In this document: piece by piece, positions 51,020-51,147 of the stretch
Layout: each line of letters opens with the position of its first letter
Position numbering within the stretch: the stretch's first letter is position 1
Assembly (NCBI GenBank): GCA_003344405.1
Contig: NOWV01000314.1
Location: forward strand, 1 to 51,147
Source of the DNA: Trichoplax sp. H2
Lineage: Eukaryota
Reading direction: 5' to 3'
DNA length: 51,147 nt
The notes under the pieces: model-generated
Seen by the model: only the letters and a program-made list of their open reading frames with translations
What the model was told of the DNA's origin: nothing
Database searches by the model: none
Program-made: the position numbers and the translations under genes

Positions 51020-51147
51020 GGTTTCTACTGCTCATTTCTTTAGTACACGTGCAAGTCCAATGTCAGTTTATTAACAAGCAACCGATGTCTTTGCAGCCTA
51101 ACAAGTCCTTAGCAAACAGTTAGTAACCAGTTGACAAGGGCTAATAC

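Larger units (their letters stand above)
46755..51147. repeat. Large inverted repeat: arms 46755-48576 and ~49330-51147 (runs off the window), spacer ~750 bp
   Basis: The right arm is the near-identical reverse complement of the left, covering the 5' flank, the whole methyltransferase CDS and ~590 bp of 3' flank. Homology ends at 'gagactatactatctt'. Confidence 0.95.

Overview
AT-rich eukaryotic (animal) genomic DNA with short GT-AG introns. The style (intronless 42-aa TPR genes, compact introns, degenerate intronic minisatellites) suggests a placozoan such as Trichoplax; this is inference, not a database result. Manually built gene models: (1) an 8-exon SWAP70/DEF6-like gene (4462-12501, +); (2) an intronless KLC/nephrocystin-3-type TPR gene (16993-18618, +) facing a truncated TPR pseudogene; (3) two paralogous 3-exon genes (-) for secreted, probably GPI-anchored proteins with two tandem 8-Cys Frizzled-like CRDs; (4) four class I SAM-dependent, histamine-N-methyltransferase-like genes with intron-free CDS, arranged as two tail-to-tail pairs; (5) an unidentified gene of about 20 exons (40914-44997, -) lying between the two pairs. 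The last methyltransferase pair forms an inverted repeat with arms of at least 1.8 kb. Its two proteins are identical over the first 214 aa, and their differences fall mostly in two purely non-synonymous clusters. Also present: a candidate solo LTR, a ~450-bp foldback element, a perfect 19-bp hairpin, several tandem repeats and a haplotype-like duplication around an N gap.
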